Shown: positions 24,889 through 34,915, numbered from the stretch's first letter. The stretch is DNA of 64,000 nucleotides from an uncultured virus (IMG/VR IMGVR_UViG_3300035181_002093) (IMGVR_UViG_3300035181_002093:62001-126000); one strand, 5' to 3'. The notes: generated from the letters alone by a model not told the origin. Numbers and translations: made by a program.

Positions 24889-26159
24889 CGGACGTGCTCG
24901 AACTGGCCGTGCGTCACGGCGTTGGTCGCTTCGTCGAGAAGCGCGCAGGCGTCATGCTGCCTCTTGCAGTGGGTGCGATGATCCCGGGCATCGTGCACAA
25001 GGCGATCGATCGTGCACACTCGACGGAGCAACAGCTCAACCGCGCCGAGTACAACCCGATGAAGACGGCCGCGGCGAACCCGTGGTCAGCGATCCTCGGA
25101 CACATGCTCGGTCAGGGCGCGAGTGCGACAGGACAAGCCATCGGAGGCAACATCGCGCACGCAGGTCGCGAGATGTCAGGCCAGGGCGCCGAGTTCGGAG
25201 CTGGCGGTGCGAGCGGCCTCAAGGGCAGCTTCGGACAGCTCGGGGCATCGCCCGTAACGGGCGTCGCACAAGGCATCTCGGGCGGCATCGGCGACCTCAT
25301 CAAACGCAAGATCACCGGACGCGAATTCGGTGAGAAGAAGGATCCGTTCTCCATGGGAGCGGGCGCGGCCATCCAGACGTTCGGCAAGGAGATGGGCACC
25401 ACCGGCGCCAACCTCCTGCGCGACATGGCCAACAAGGCGATGGAGACCGCAAGCCATGCCGGAGACGAGGCCGCACGTCAAGCCATCTTGGGTGAGCTGA
25501 AGAAGACCGACTCGGTCCTCGCCAACGCGGACGACAAGACGCTCATGGAGGCCTACCACACGATGTCTCGCTTCGCGCCGGTGCTCTCGACCGACAAGAA
25601 TGCAGTACGGTCGTTCCTGCGTCAGGCTGTGATGTCGGGCTCGGGTCCGGACTACATGTCGATCAAGCTGCTCGCGGATTCGGAACGCGCGGTGACCGGC
25701 GGCAACGACAAGCGCGCCATGGTGCTGCCGCCCGCGCTCGCCGAACTGCTTCCCTCGCTCGGCCGAGGAGCGTTGATGGGCGGCGGTGTCGGCGCAATCA
25801 GCGGTGCGCTTGCTGACAAGGACGACCGAGCCGGCGGCGCGATGCGCGGCGCTCTCGGCGGTGCAGCCGCGGGCGGGCTCGGCGGCGCATTGCACACGCA
25901 CATGAACAAGGCGCCTGAAGCGTCGACACATCAAGGCTACGCTCGCGGCGTGGTTCCCAACCGACAACCGCGCGAGGAGTGGCCCCTTACTGCGCTCCGC
26001 GATCTGCACCCCTATCCAGCAGGCAACACCGGCGGTGACCTCAAGAACCTGAAGTACGACGGACAGGTCCACTCCGACAACCATCGCTGGGTGACGCCTC
26101 CCGTCCAGGATCTCGCGCGCGACCTCGAAAAACTGCAACTGCCTGGAGGCAACTCGTGA
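24879..26159 (+). CDS. Modular glycine-zipper virion protein
   Basis: GTG after GAGG; modules bounded by EKRA, MKTAA and DKRA; GGGVGAISG/GALGGAAAGGLGG. Confidence 0.7.
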   Translation: MQLADVLELAVRHGVGRFVEKRAGVMLPLAVGAMIPGIVHKAIDRAHSTEQQLNRAEYNPMKTAAANPWSAILGHMLGQGASATGQAIGGNIAHAGREMSGQGAEFGAGGASGLKGSFGQLGASPVTGVAQGISGGIGDLIKRKITGREFGEKKDPFSMGAGAAIQTFGKEMGTTGANLLRDMANKAMETASHAGDEAARQAILGELKKTDSVLANADDKTLMEAYHTMSRFAPVLSTDKNAVRSFLRQAVMSGSGPDYMSIKLLADSERAVTGGNDKRAMVLPPALAELLPSLGRGALMGGGVGAISGALADKDDRAGGAMRGALGGAAAGGLGGALHTHMNKAPEASTHQGYARGVVPNRQPREEWPLTALRDLHPYPAGNTGGDLKNLKYDGQVHSDNHRWVTPPVQDLARDLEKLQLPGGNS

Positions 26160-26602
26160 CCCTCGATGACCTCATCCCTCCGCACGTCACCTCCGCCGTC
26201 CGTGACCTCGGCCTCCACAAGGTCGCCGGCGCGATGCTCGGCGTTCCCGAGCTGACGATCAAGGAAGCCGTCGCGACGATCGGCATGAAGGCCTTCGTGC
26301 GTCGCAAGGAAGCGCGCGCAATCGCAGATGGCATCGCCGCGTACGCCACGCTCACCAACGAGAAGATCGCCGAGAGCCCCGCGCTCATGGCGCTGCTTCG
26401 CCGTGCCGCGATGCCGGCTGCTGCCGGTGCAGGCATCGGCATGGCACCGCACTTCCTGTCGAGCGATCCGTACGAGCAGCAGAAGAGCGCGGTCCCCGCG
26501 GGCGCTCTCGGCGCTCTGCTCGGCGGCCTGACCGGCATCGCTTCTGGGATGCACGGCCTCCCGCCGGAACTCAGCCAGGGAGTCGCGCAAGCGCTTCGCT
26601 GA
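26156..26602 (+). CDS. Glycine-zipper virion protein
   Basis: EKIA followed by two hydrophobic Gly/Ala helices. Confidence 0.7.
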   Translation: MTLDDLIPPHVTSAVRDLGLHKVAGAMLGVPELTIKEAVATIGMKAFVRRKEARAIADGIAAYATLTNEKIAESPALMALLRRAAMPAAAGAGIGMAPHFLSSDPYEQQKSAVPAGALGALLGGLTGIASGMHGLPPELSQGVAQALR

Positions 26603-26604
26603 TC

Positions 26605-27174
26605 ATGACACCCTTCACACAAGCCCTCGAGACGTCGGTCTTCCTCGCCGAGAAGATCGCGTCCGCGCGTCCTGCAAGCGCCACGCTGCGTGAGAAGCTC
26701 GCGATGGCGGACTTCGCCGCGTTCGGGTTGTTCAAGCGTGCAGCGTTCGACCCCGCGGCGCTCTCTGCGTTGCAGAAGGGGTTGGGATGGGGTGTCGGTC
26801 TCGGCGTGCCTGCGCTTGGCGTCGGACACATGATGCTCGGCGATGCAAAGCGCCACAGCGCCGACGTTCTACGTGACGCACGCAACCAGGCGCTTCTGAC
26901 AGCCGCCGGTGTCGGAAGCATGCAGGCCCTCGGTGACATCTTTCGTGGAGGCCCCAAGCCGTCGCAATCGAGCGGCCTGGGGTCGATGGTAGACACGGGA
27001 ATGTCGCCAGCCACGACGACGGCGCAGAAGCTCGCGGCTGCGATCATGGTCGATGACGTGCTTGAAGACGGCTGCTATCTGCTCGACGACCCAAGCCTCA
27101 AGCACGCGATGCTCGTCCAGCTCGTTCGCCATCGCAGCGATGCGACCAGCCTACTGCGGAGCCTTCTGCCGTGA
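26605..27174 (+). CDS. Glycine-rich virion protein
   Basis: EKIA, EKLA, KRAA, QKLA; GLGWGVGLGV. Confidence 0.7.
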   Translation: MTPFTQALETSVFLAEKIASARPASATLREKLAMADFAAFGLFKRAAFDPAALSALQKGLGWGVGLGVPALGVGHMMLGDAKRHSADVLRDARNQALLTAAGVGSMQALGDIFRGGPKPSQSSGLGSMVDTGMSPATTTAQKLAAAIMVDDVLEDGCYLLDDPSLKHAMLVQLVRHRSDATSLLRSLLP

Positions 27175-30008
27175 AGAAGATCATCGAGCTGGACGACTAC
27201 TTCCCGACGGGAGAGCCGACAGTGCAGACCGTGCTCACCTGGAACAACGGGCGCAGCGTCGACACCAGCCGCATCACGAAGTACGCGTCCGAGGCGCTCG
27301 ACTACATCAAGGCGGTCGCGCCCGAACCGGGCAAGACGTCGCTCCTTCTCAACGCTCTCGGCGCCGAAGAGACCTACGGCCCGAACCGCAACGGTGACGG
27401 GTTCCCCGAGTTCCCTGTTCCCGCGCGTGGCAAGATCGCGTCTGTCGATCGCCGCTGGTTCGTGCCGCCCGGTGAAGAGCTGACCGAGCACTACGCGTCG
27501 TTCGAGAAGAACCCTGCCCACGCTTTCAAGCACCACGTGAACCGAGATCCGTCCAAAGCGTCCGGCGTGGTCAAGAAGGCGTTCTGGAACCCGCGCATGC
27601 ACCGCGTGGAGCTGCTCGTCTCGGTCGACAACGACAAGGACCCCGAGTGGGTCAAGCGCGCCAGCGACGGTGAGTTCGTGCCTGTATCCATGGGCTGTTT
27701 CCTCGCGGGGGCCAAGGTCACGATGGCCGACGGCACCCAGAAGTGCATCGAAGACGTGCTGGTCGGTGACGAGGTAGTCACGCACCGGGGACGTGTGCGT
27801 CGCGTACTCGAGACACACAAGCGTCCGTATCGCGGGAACGTCTACACGATCCGTGCGGAAGCGCATCCGGAGATTAACGCAACCGAAGAACATCCGTTCT
27901 TCGCGACGCCGCTCGAGAGCGTCAAGCGTTTTCAGCCTGGGGGCGCGAAGTGGAAGTGGCGGGACGATGCCAAGGTGCAGGGTGATTGGACGCACGCGAA
28001 CTGTCTCGATGACCAGCTCCTGCTTGCACCCATCGATCGGACAGAGACGTCGCCCGAGTACCTGACCCGCGCGTTCGCACGCCTGTTCGGCTACTACCTT
28101 GCCGAAGGTCACATCATCTGGCGCGACGGCGCGCCCTACGCCATCGAGCTGACAACGCACAAGGACGACGCGGTCCACGGCGAGATTGCTGCGCTGTGCG
28201 CCGAGTTCGGAACACGAAACGCGCCCTGGACGTTCGAACGCAAGAACACGTCCGAGGCGCGCGGCATTCTGGTCTGTGACGATCGTCTTGCGGCCCTGTG
28301 TTACACGCACGGCAGCGCCTTGGCGAAGACCAAGCAGTTGTCACCGGCGGCAATGCAGTGGAACACGGCGATGCAGCGCGAGATGTTCGGCGCGTACGCC
28401 AACGGCGACGGGTGCGGACGTGACGGGTGGCTCAAGATTTCAACGGCGTCGGACGCGCTCGCCGCGCAGTGGACGCGCATGTTGCCGCGTTTGGGCATCC
28501 TCGCCTCGTGCAATCAACTCACCCACAAAGCGGGCAGCGGCTTCAGCGCGACAGACACGTACGAATGGGTCGTCCACATCGGCGCACAATGGGCCCATCG
28601 ACTGCGAGGGGTCTGCGCCAAGGTGGTGGCGCACGAAGTCCTGGCCAAGAAGGAAAGCCGGAAAATCGTCGACGAGTACGTTTGCACCCCCATCCGCGAG
28701 ATCGACGCGCGTTACATGGAGACGGACGTCTACAATCTAGAGGTCGAGGAAGACGAGAGCTACCTCATCGAGGGGCTAGCGGTTCACAACTGTCGCATCA
28801 AGCGCGATGTCTGCGCCCGTTGTGGCAACGAAGCGCCCACGCGCGCGGACTACTGCGATCACGTGAAGTTCGCGATGAACCAGGTCGACGAGAACGGGTT
28901 CAAGGACTACGTCCACAACCCCTCGCCCGACTTCTTCGACATCTCGCGCGTGTTCCGTCCCGCCGATCGCACCGGCTACACGCTCAAGAAGGTCGCCTAC
29001 GTTCACGAGGTACGGCTCTCCGCAGAGCTTGGAGCGATCGCGGAGCGTCTCGCGCTCAAGAGTGGTGCATCGCAAAAACTCTCCGACATCGACAAGGTGA
29101 TCCGCGCCGAGCCTCTCGCCTCGAGCACGCTCACGCCTGACGAGCGGTCGTTCATCGTGAAGTTCCGTGATCACGCAGGCCCCAAGCTCGCGTCGTCCGA
29201 GAACATCAACACAAACCAGCTGCTCATGTACCCACTTGGTGAAGTGCTCAGCGCTGCAGCGACCAACGGCGTTGTCTTCAAGGACGCCGAGTTCATTGCG
29301 CTTGCATCTACCAAGCTTGCCGGTCAGATATTGCAGCTGTCTCCGTACACGCTTGCCAAGGTGGCTGCAGCCGCGCGTTGGTCGCTCAACATATTCGCTG
29401 ACCGTCCAGAGATTCTGGACGAGCTGATCGAGAGTAGCGCGCTCGAGTCGTCGAAGATCGCGAACACCTTGATGCCGTTCTTCGCGAACGTTCGCGAGAA
29501 GCGCGCGTACGCTGGCGAGATGCTCTACCGACGGCTCGTGCCCGAGGGCATCGGTCTTCGTCCTGATGCGGCGCCGACGACGGACGTGCTACACACGCCG
29601 TACGGTGACACCACACGCGGTGCTGCGATCGATGCACAAGACGCGGTCACGCGTGCGCATGTCGGCAAGGTTCTCGGTGGAACGGGTTTGCTGTTGGGCG
29701 GCTACAAGGCGCTCACCGCGTTCCCGTGGATGCGCAAGTTCAAGGTGCCGCTTGCCGTCGGTACGACGGCTCTCGGTGCAGCAACGCTGGGCAAGCGCCC
29801 AGGTGGAACGATGCGCACTGACGAAGGCTACGACATCCCCGACATCACCGAGCTGTCAGCAAAGACTGCGTCGCAAGCAGCGATCGTCCATCTCATCGAA
29901 TGCGCGCAACCGAAGGCGCGCGGGTTCGATTTCTCGAGTATCAAGATCTCGTCCCTGGCAACTTTGGATCAGGTGGCGGAAGCTCTCGGTTCCATCGTCT
30001 TGACTTGA
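27171..30008 (+). CDS. Prohead (maturation) serine protease with intein, Zn-finger and long C-terminal extension
   Basis: NRNGDGF, FKHH, VSMG|C, C..CGN....C.H, FFDISRV..PAD; lies upstream of the capsid genes. Confidence 0.78.
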   Translation: MKKIIELDDYFPTGEPTVQTVLTWNNGRSVDTSRITKYASEALDYIKAVAPEPGKTSLLLNALGAEETYGPNRNGDGFPEFPVPARGKIASVDRRWFVPPGEELTEHYASFEKNPAHAFKHHVNRDPSKASGVVKKAFWNPRMHRVELLVSVDNDKDPEWVKRASDGEFVPVSMGCFLAGAKVTMADGTQKCIEDVLVGDEVVTHRGRVRRVLETHKRPYRGNVYTIRAEAHPEINATEEHPFFATPLESVKRFQPGGAKWKWRDDAKVQGDWTHANCLDDQLLLAPIDRTETSPEYLTRAFARLFGYYLAEGHIIWRDGAPYAIELTTHKDDAVHGEIAALCAEFGTRNAPWTFERKNTSEARGILVCDDRLAALCYTHGSALAKTKQLSPAAMQWNTAMQREMFGAYANGDGCGRDGWLKISTASDALAAQWTRMLPRLGILASCNQLTHKAGSGFSATDTYEWVVHIGAQWAHRLRGVCAKVVAHEVLAKKESRKIVDEYVCTPIREIDARYMETDVYNLEVEEDESYLIEGLAVHNCRIKRDVCARCGNEAPTRADYCDHVKFAMNQVDENGFKDYVHNPSPDFFDISRVFRPADRTGYTLKKVAYVHEVRLSAELGAIAERLALKSGASQKLSDIDKVIRAEPLASSTLTPDERSFIVKFRDHAGPKLASSENINTNQLLMYPLGEVLSAAATNGVVFKDAEFIALASTKLAGQILQLSPYTLAKVAAAARWSLNIFADRPEILDELIESSALESSKIANTLMPFFANVREKRAYAGEMLYRRLVPEGIGLRPDAAPTTDVLHTPYGDTTRGAAIDAQDAVTRAHVGKVLGGTGLLLGGYKALTAFPWMRKFKVPLAVGTTALGAATLGKRPGGTMRTDEGYDIPDITELSAKTASQAAIVHLIECAQPKARGFDFSSIKISSLATLDQVAEALGSIVLT
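27696..28790 (+). mobile_element. Intein (365 aa) with LAGLIDADG endonuclease in prohead protease
   Basis: SMG|CFLAGAKVTMADG ... ATEEHPF ... FGYYLAEG ... YANGDG ... VYNLEV ... AVHN|C. Confidence 0.95.
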
Positions 30009-30010
30009 AT

Positions 30011-30039
30011 TTGTTTTTCCGCGCACGGCCCACTATCAT
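30011..30039 (+). promoter_or_regulatory. Putative promoter TTGTTT-17-TATCAT
   Basis: Intergenic; same hexamers and spacing as 47245-47273. Confidence 0.6.
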
Positions 30040-30065
30040 TTTCACCGTAACGGAGACGGCAATCC

Positions 30066-30638
30066 ATGAAGCTCTCAAACGCACTCGGGATGATCAAAGG
30101 CGGCGAGAAGACCGCGAGCGCGTCTGCGCCCACCGGATCTGCGTCTCCAACCACAGACGCCGGCGAGCGTCTGAAGCAAGCGCTCAAGGAAGCGACCGCT
30201 CCGGCGGTGCAGTCCAAGACCGCGAGCCAGACTTCGCCGATCGAAGACCTCACCAAGATCGCGGCTGACCTGAGCAAGGCCGAGCACGAGGCCCTCGCCA
30301 AGGAGGCGCAGCTCTATGGCGCCGCCATGTGCGACGGCTTCATGGCTCGCGCGTCTCAGTACAAGGAGGCGGCCGACAAGGCCGCGCCCCTCGCGAAGAC
30401 CGCCGCAGTCGCAGGAGGGTCATCGGACTTCGAGAAGTTCGCTGCCGAGAACCCGGACCTCGTGAAGGAAGCGGCCACCCTCGGCTACACGTCCACGATG
30501 GGTCAGCTCGAAAAGCTGGCCGAGTCGGCGTACGCCAAGGGCTGGAACGACACGGTCGAGCAGATCCACAAGGTGGCGAGCGAGTCCTTCGTCGCCGGCT
30601 TCCGTGACACTCTTCAGCTGATCGAGGGCGCTCGCTGA
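30066..30638 (+). CDS. Putative scaffold-like protein, very K-x-A-rich
   Basis: At least 10 K-x-A in 190 aa; AYAKGWNDTV motif variant. Confidence 0.7.
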   Translation: MKLSNALGMIKGGEKTASASAPTGSASPTTDAGERLKQALKEATAPAVQSKTASQTSPIEDLTKIAADLSKAEHEALAKEAQLYGAAMCDGFMARASQYKEAADKAAPLAKTAAVAGGSSDFEKFAAENPDLVKEAATLGYTSTMGQLEKLAESAYAKGWNDTVEQIHKVASESFVAGFRDTLQLIEGAR

Positions 30639-30641
30639 GCC

Positions 30642-30914
30642 ATGGCTGACGTGGTTCACATCGACGCGCTCGCTCGCCTCAAGCAGGCAGCGGAAGCGAA
30701 GACGGCCGCGGATCCCGCGCTCGTCAAGGCGTTGCTTGGTGGTGGTGCGTTGCTTGGCGGCGGTGCCCTTGGCGCCGGCCTCATGCATGCCCATGACGAA
30801 GCCGCGCGCGAACGCGCCAAGAACACAGGCTTCGGCGCAGGGATTGCGACTGGCATGGCCGGGCCGCAGATCATCGACGCGCTGCACGCCGTGATGCATC
30901 GAGGCGCGCCGTGA
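30642..30914 (+). CDS. Small glycine-zipper protein
   Basis: KQAAEAKTAA followed by LLGGGALLGGGALGAGL. Confidence 0.7.
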   Translation: MADVVHIDALARLKQAAEAKTAADPALVKALLGGGALLGGGALGAGLMHAHDEAARERAKNTGFGAGIATGMAGPQIIDALHAVMHRGAP

Positions 30915-31126
30915 ACCGCACGCATCAACACCTATCGCTCGTCGTGGACGAGGTGCTCGCGGAAGCGAACGCCGCGTCCCATCGCAAGACGGCCGAGACG
31001 CATGCGATCAAAGTCGCAGCGGCACAACCCAAGACCGAGACGGCGCGCGGTCTGCGCGCCCTCGCCGACGAAGTTCGTACCGCATCGAGCGACGTGTCGT
31101 ACGATGATCTCATGGGGGCCCTGTGA
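30911..31126 (+). CDS. Small hypothetical virion-block protein
   Basis: 71 aa, overlapping starts/stops; KTA, KVAA. Confidence 0.65.
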   Translation: MNRTHQHLSLVVDEVLAEANAASHRKTAETHAIKVAAAQPKTETARGLRALADEVRTASSDVSYDDLMGAL

Positions 31127-31278
31127 AGGAATCCGAGATGCTTCGTACGATCGCAAGTGACCTGCGTGCGCAGGGCTTGAAGCAAGCCGAAGACCGCAAG
31201 ATCAAGGCGGCCAGCGTGCTCGTCGCAGCGACGGGTTTCGGCATGCTGCGTTCCAAGCTCGGAGGCGCTCGTGGTTGA
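31123..31278 (+). CDS. Small hypothetical protein (51 aa, not in ORF track)
   Basis: MKESEMLRTIASDLRAQGLKQAEDRKIKAASVLVAATGFG...; couples to both neighbours. Confidence 0.6.
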   Translation: MKESEMLRTIASDLRAQGLKQAEDRKIKAASVLVAATGFGMLRSKLGGARG

Positions 31279-31627
31279 TCACACCAAGCTCGCGGCGGTC
31301 TTCGATGCCATGGCCGACTATGTCGACCAGGTCGAGACTGAGAAGACCTCATCGGTCGCAGCCGCACGTCAGGTGCGTCTCGACAAGATCGCCACGGCAC
31401 ACGCCGTGGCACACGGAGAAGAGCTGCCGGACATCGCCCGGCAGAAGCTCGCGAAGGCCGACGACGCGACTCTCGATGTGGTCGAGGACTTGCTCTCCAA
31501 GCAAGCCGGCGTCGTCACTCCCCTCGGCGGCGGCGTTTCGGCCGACGACGATCTCCAACCCAAGACCCCCAAGCAAGCAGCTGATGCGGCGGACGAACGA
31601 TTCGTCAGCTGGATCGTTTCCTCGTAG
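31271..31627 (+). CDS. Putative capsid scaffold protein
   Basis: GGAGG upstream; helical; ends AADERFVSWIVSS; precedes the capsid genes. Confidence 0.55.
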   Translation: MVDHTKLAAVFDAMADYVDQVETEKTSSVAAARQVRLDKIATAHAVAHGEELPDIARQKLAKADDATLDVVEDLLSKQAGVVTPLGGGVSADDDLQPKTPKQAADAADERFVSWIVSS

Positions 31628-31650
31628 CGCATTCCCGGAGGCAGACTCAG

Positions 31651-32115
31651 ATGATCCTGAACAGCAAGTTCGACGTTCTGCGCGGTTGGCCCCGTGAAGG
31701 TGCAATCGACGAATCCTTCACCATCAAGCAGACGGTGCCCGGCACCGACGACGCCCTGCCTCTGGGCACGGTCGTGTTCGTCGATACCGACGGCACAGCC
31801 AAGGCTGCATCCACCCCGAACCGCGCGGCCGCCAACGCCGTCGCGACCTGGGTCGTGGTCGCCGGCAACGACGACTTCTCGTCGCAGTTCGTCCACAAGG
31901 TCGTCGGTCTCCGCTCGAACGCAGAGTTCAAGCTCGACCCGGCGAACTTCAACGCGGGCACGTACACCCCGGGCGTCAAGCTGACGTTCGTCTCCGGCAA
32001 GTGGCAGCCCGCTGTCGCCGGCAACCAGATCATCGGCGAGGTTCTCCAGGACCTCACCGCGACGGACGGCACGATCGTCGTCTTCTACACCGGCGGCGAC
32101 GCCAACTCGTTCTAG
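31651..32115 (+). CDS. Putative head decoration/cement protein
   Basis: 154 aa, beta-rich, immediately before the major capsid gene; GGAGG upstream. Confidence 0.6.
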   Translation: MILNSKFDVLRGWPREGAIDESFTIKQTVPGTDDALPLGTVVFVDTDGTAKAASTPNRAAANAVATWVVVAGNDDFSSQFVHKVVGLRSNAEFKLDPANFNAGTYTPGVKLTFVSGKWQPAVAGNQIIGEVLQDLTATDGTIVVFYTGGDANSF

Positions 32116-32142
32116 TCCACCTGGGTCAAGGAGAACCACACA

Positions 32143-33081
32143 ATGTCGGCAGCGTACAAGACACAGACCCAGCAGGTTTCTAATCAGTTCATCAACTCGA
32201 ACTTCGTCCGCAAGGTCGAAGACGGGCGGACGAAGGAGGCAGCGGCCGAGGGTACGGCGTTCATTCGCCAGAAGCTCCGTCAGGAGTCCTTCGCACGCGA
32301 GATCATCGAGCCCGTCATGCTGGCGGACGACGAGATCGACCGTGACGAGAACACCGACCAGCCCAAGAAGATCGTCGAGAAGGAGCCCGACTCCGTCGCC
32401 ACGTTCGTGCCGTTCAACGGCACGGCGCAGCGTACGTGGTTCCGTGGCAAGCGCTTCTCGGTCTACTTCGGCAAGACCGAGTCGCAGCGGTACACCAAGA
32501 ACAAGTTCGAGCTGATGACGTATCAGAACGACATCCGCAAGATCCTGTCGGACAACTCCGTCAAGGACATGGCGGACCAGGAAGACCAGAAGTTCCTGGA
32601 CACCATCAACGCGATCATCGCGCTGAACCTCGCGACGCAACGCACCCTCGCGGGCGCGTTCAACTCGAGCGCGTTCAAGCTCGGCTTCCAGGGCCTCGTC
32701 AACCGGCGCCAGCCGATCGGCAAGCTCCTGATGTCGAAGTCGACGTACTACGAGGCCCTCGACCTGCCGGCGACCTCCGTCGGCAACGACGTGGCGTCGC
32801 GGCACTACGACATGGGCATCGAGGCCGAGGAGAAGCTGTGGGGCATCCCCGTGGTTTCGACCATCAAGCGCGAGATCGTCGACGACGTCGCCGGTTCGAC
32901 TCGCCGCTCGGTCTACGTGTTCGCGCCGCAGAACTACCTCGGCGTGTTCTTCCTCCTGCAGGATGCGACCCTGTACATCAAGCAGGAAGCCGACATCATC
33001 GAGTTCTGGAGCTACGCAGCGCCGGGCATCGGCATCGGCAACACGCTGGCGACCCAGCGCATCGACCTGCCGTTCGCCTGA
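32143..33081 (+). CDS. Major capsid protein (probable HK97 fold)
   Basis: 312 aa, extreme codon bias, AAGGAG RBS, follows protease/scaffold, precedes a hairpin; IRQKLRQESFAR.I, QEDQKFL. Confidence 0.75.
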   Translation: MSAAYKTQTQQVSNQFINSNFVRKVEDGRTKEAAAEGTAFIRQKLRQESFAREIIEPVMLADDEIDRDENTDQPKKIVEKEPDSVATFVPFNGTAQRTWFRGKRFSVYFGKTESQRYTKNKFELMTYQNDIRKILSDNSVKDMADQEDQKFLDTINAIIALNLATQRTLAGAFNSSAFKLGFQGLVNRRQPIGKLLMSKSTYYEALDLPATSVGNDVASRHYDMGIEAEEKLWGIPVVSTIKREIVDDVAGSTRRSVYVFAPQNYLGVFFLLQDATLYIKQEADIIEFWSYAAPGIGIGNTLATQRIDLPFA

Positions 33082-33108
33082 ACAACATCCCTGCCCCAGG
33101 GTAGGCTG

Positions 33109-33153
33109 AGGCCTTCTTCCTCCCTTGTTCGGGGATTCAGGAAGAAGGCTTTC
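33109..33153 (+). terminator. Stem-loop downstream of major capsid gene
   Basis: AGGCCTTCTTCCT ... AGGAAGAAGGCTTT inverted repeat. Confidence 0.55.
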
Positions 33154-33175
33154 GTCGTTTCACCCTTGGAGAACC

Positions 33176-33601
33176 ATGTCGAATCTGATCATCAAGAACA
33201 CGCAAGCGAGCACCCTCGATCTGACGCCGATGCGCGACGTGTTCGACGTCATCGTCGTGCTTCGGCCTGCGGGAACGAAGGGAGACTCGCGTGAGATCTC
33301 CGAGGAGACCGCAAGCCACGAGATCGTCGAGCGTGTGATGAAGGCGCGCTGGGTCTCGCTGGAAGCGGTTGACACGGGCGCACCGTCTGCGCCGACCGAG
33401 GTCCCCCGTACGCCTGTCGAGAACGTGGCCGTCGCGGCGACCGTGGAGTCTGCGCCCACCCCCGCCCCCGAACCTGTCGAGGACGAGCCTGAGCCTGAGA
33501 TCGAAGCCGAACCCGCGCCCGAGCCTGTGCCCGAGCCCATGCCCGTGCCTGCACCGACGGAGACGTCCGCGTCCTCCAAGCCCCGCCAGTCCCGCAAGTA
33601 G
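33176..33601 (+). CDS. Hypothetical protein with P/E-rich tail
   Basis: GGAG upstream of ATG; PEP repeats. Confidence 0.65.
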   Translation: MSNLIIKNTQASTLDLTPMRDVFDVIVVLRPAGTKGDSREISEETASHEIVERVMKARWVSLEAVDTGAPSAPTEVPRTPVENVAVAATVESAPTPAPEPVEDEPEPEIEAEPAPEPVPEPMPVPAPTETSASSKPRQSRK

Positions 33602-33630
33602 TCCTCGAGCCGCTACAATAGAGGCACCCC

Positions 33631-34137
33631 ATGGCTTCCCCTTCGATCACCGTTGTCACGTCGCGCACCGCGCAGTCCATCTCGACGGCGATCCAACAAC
33701 AGGTCGCCACCGGGAAGAAGTTCACGGGGGTACTGCCGCAAGCAGGTGCTGTGCGCGCGGACAGCCCCGTGCAGCCCGGCAACAGCTGCTACAAGTACGC
33801 GTCGCTCGCAGCAGACGGCGGGGGGCTGTTCTTCTGGAACAACGTCGAGTCCCTGGTCTGCAGCCAGATCCATGTGGACCTGGGTGCTGCGGGGGACATC
33901 ACCGTGTCGCTCGTGAACCTCGATCCGACGAAAATCAACGATGACCAGCCCGCTATCCTGGCGGGCGAGTCGATCATCATCGAGCAATCGACGGGCGTGC
34001 GCTTCATCGCGCTCGACGAAGCGCGCTTCAAGACGATCCTCCTGCCGTACCAAGCAATCCAGATCGTGACGACGGCGACTGCGGGCGCACAAATCGCGCA
34101 GGTCGTGGCCAGCCTCGAGAAGACGTACGTGCGCTGA
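33631..34137 (+). CDS. Putative virion structural protein
   Basis: 168 aa, beta-rich; CTACAAT upstream. Confidence 0.6.
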   Translation: MASPSITVVTSRTAQSISTAIQQQVATGKKFTGVLPQAGAVRADSPVQPGNSCYKYASLAADGGGLFFWNNVESLVCSQIHVDLGAAGDITVSLVNLDPTKINDDQPAILAGESIIIEQSTGVRFIALDEARFKTILLPYQAIQIVTTATAGAQIAQVVASLEKTYVR

Positions 34138-34616
34138 TGCCGATCGTCGGCACACCCACAACGCCGACAGTGGTCTCCAAAGACCAAGTCCGCATGTTTA
34201 TGCGCGACTACGCGAACAACAACATCTTGTTGGATGACGTACAGTTCACGGATGCAGAACTGAACCTGGCGCTCGAGATGACGGTGAGTTCGTTCAATAC
34301 GGTGACGCCGCAGACGAACTTCACGCCGTCGTCGTTCCCTACACATCTACGGTATCTGCTGCTTGTGGGCACGACCCGCTTTCTGCTCATGAGCGAGTCG
34401 TTCATGCAGGTCAGAAACCAGGCGACCGTGCAAGATGGCGACATCTCGCCGATCGGCATTTCTGACAAGGCTGCGCTCTACGCGCAACTCGCACAACAAC
34501 TCAAGGGCGAGTGGGATGAACTGACGCGCGGCGTGAAGACACAGAACAACATGGAGAGCGCGTATGCGACCCTGGGTTCTGGGTATCGCAACGTGAGCCG
34601 GTTCAACAAGTCATGA
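34137..34616 (+). CDS. Putative head-tail adaptor (neck)
   Basis: VRMFMRD...FTDAELNLAL pattern typical of adaptors; position after capsid. Confidence 0.6.
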   Translation: MPIVGTPTTPTVVSKDQVRMFMRDYANNNILLDDVQFTDAELNLALEMTVSSFNTVTPQTNFTPSSFPTHLRYLLLVGTTRFLLMSESFMQVRNQATVQDGDISPIGISDKAALYAQLAQQLKGEWDELTRGVKTQNNMESAYATLGSGYRNVSRFNKS

Positions 34617-34906
34617 CGCTCGTTGCTGCATATACACAAGGCAAGAACGCAGCGCTTGCGCATTTCAAGCTCGCTAACTCGATGGGCGCGAATGCAGGCG
34701 TGCAGCCGCGGGGCGATGAGTTCAGCCATGGCACCGAGCGCATCCCGTACGCACACCGCGAAACACCCGGAGACGGGGCTCACACGGAAGCCGCAAGTAA
34801 CGCCCGCGCGAACATGCCCGCCTGGCTGTGGGACCACTTCACGACCTACGACAACATTGCGCCGGGACGTGCGGATGGGTCGTTCGGACAAGAGGTCATC
34901 GGGTGA
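34613..34906 (+). CDS. Small protein with shared N-terminal motif
   Basis: AYTQGKNAALAHFKLA. Confidence 0.7.
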   Translation: MTLVAAYTQGKNAALAHFKLANSMGANAGVQPRGDEFSHGTERIPYAHRETPGDGAHTEAASNARANMPAWLWDHFTTYDNIAPGRADGSFGQEVIG

Positions 34907-34915
34907 AATTCGCCC

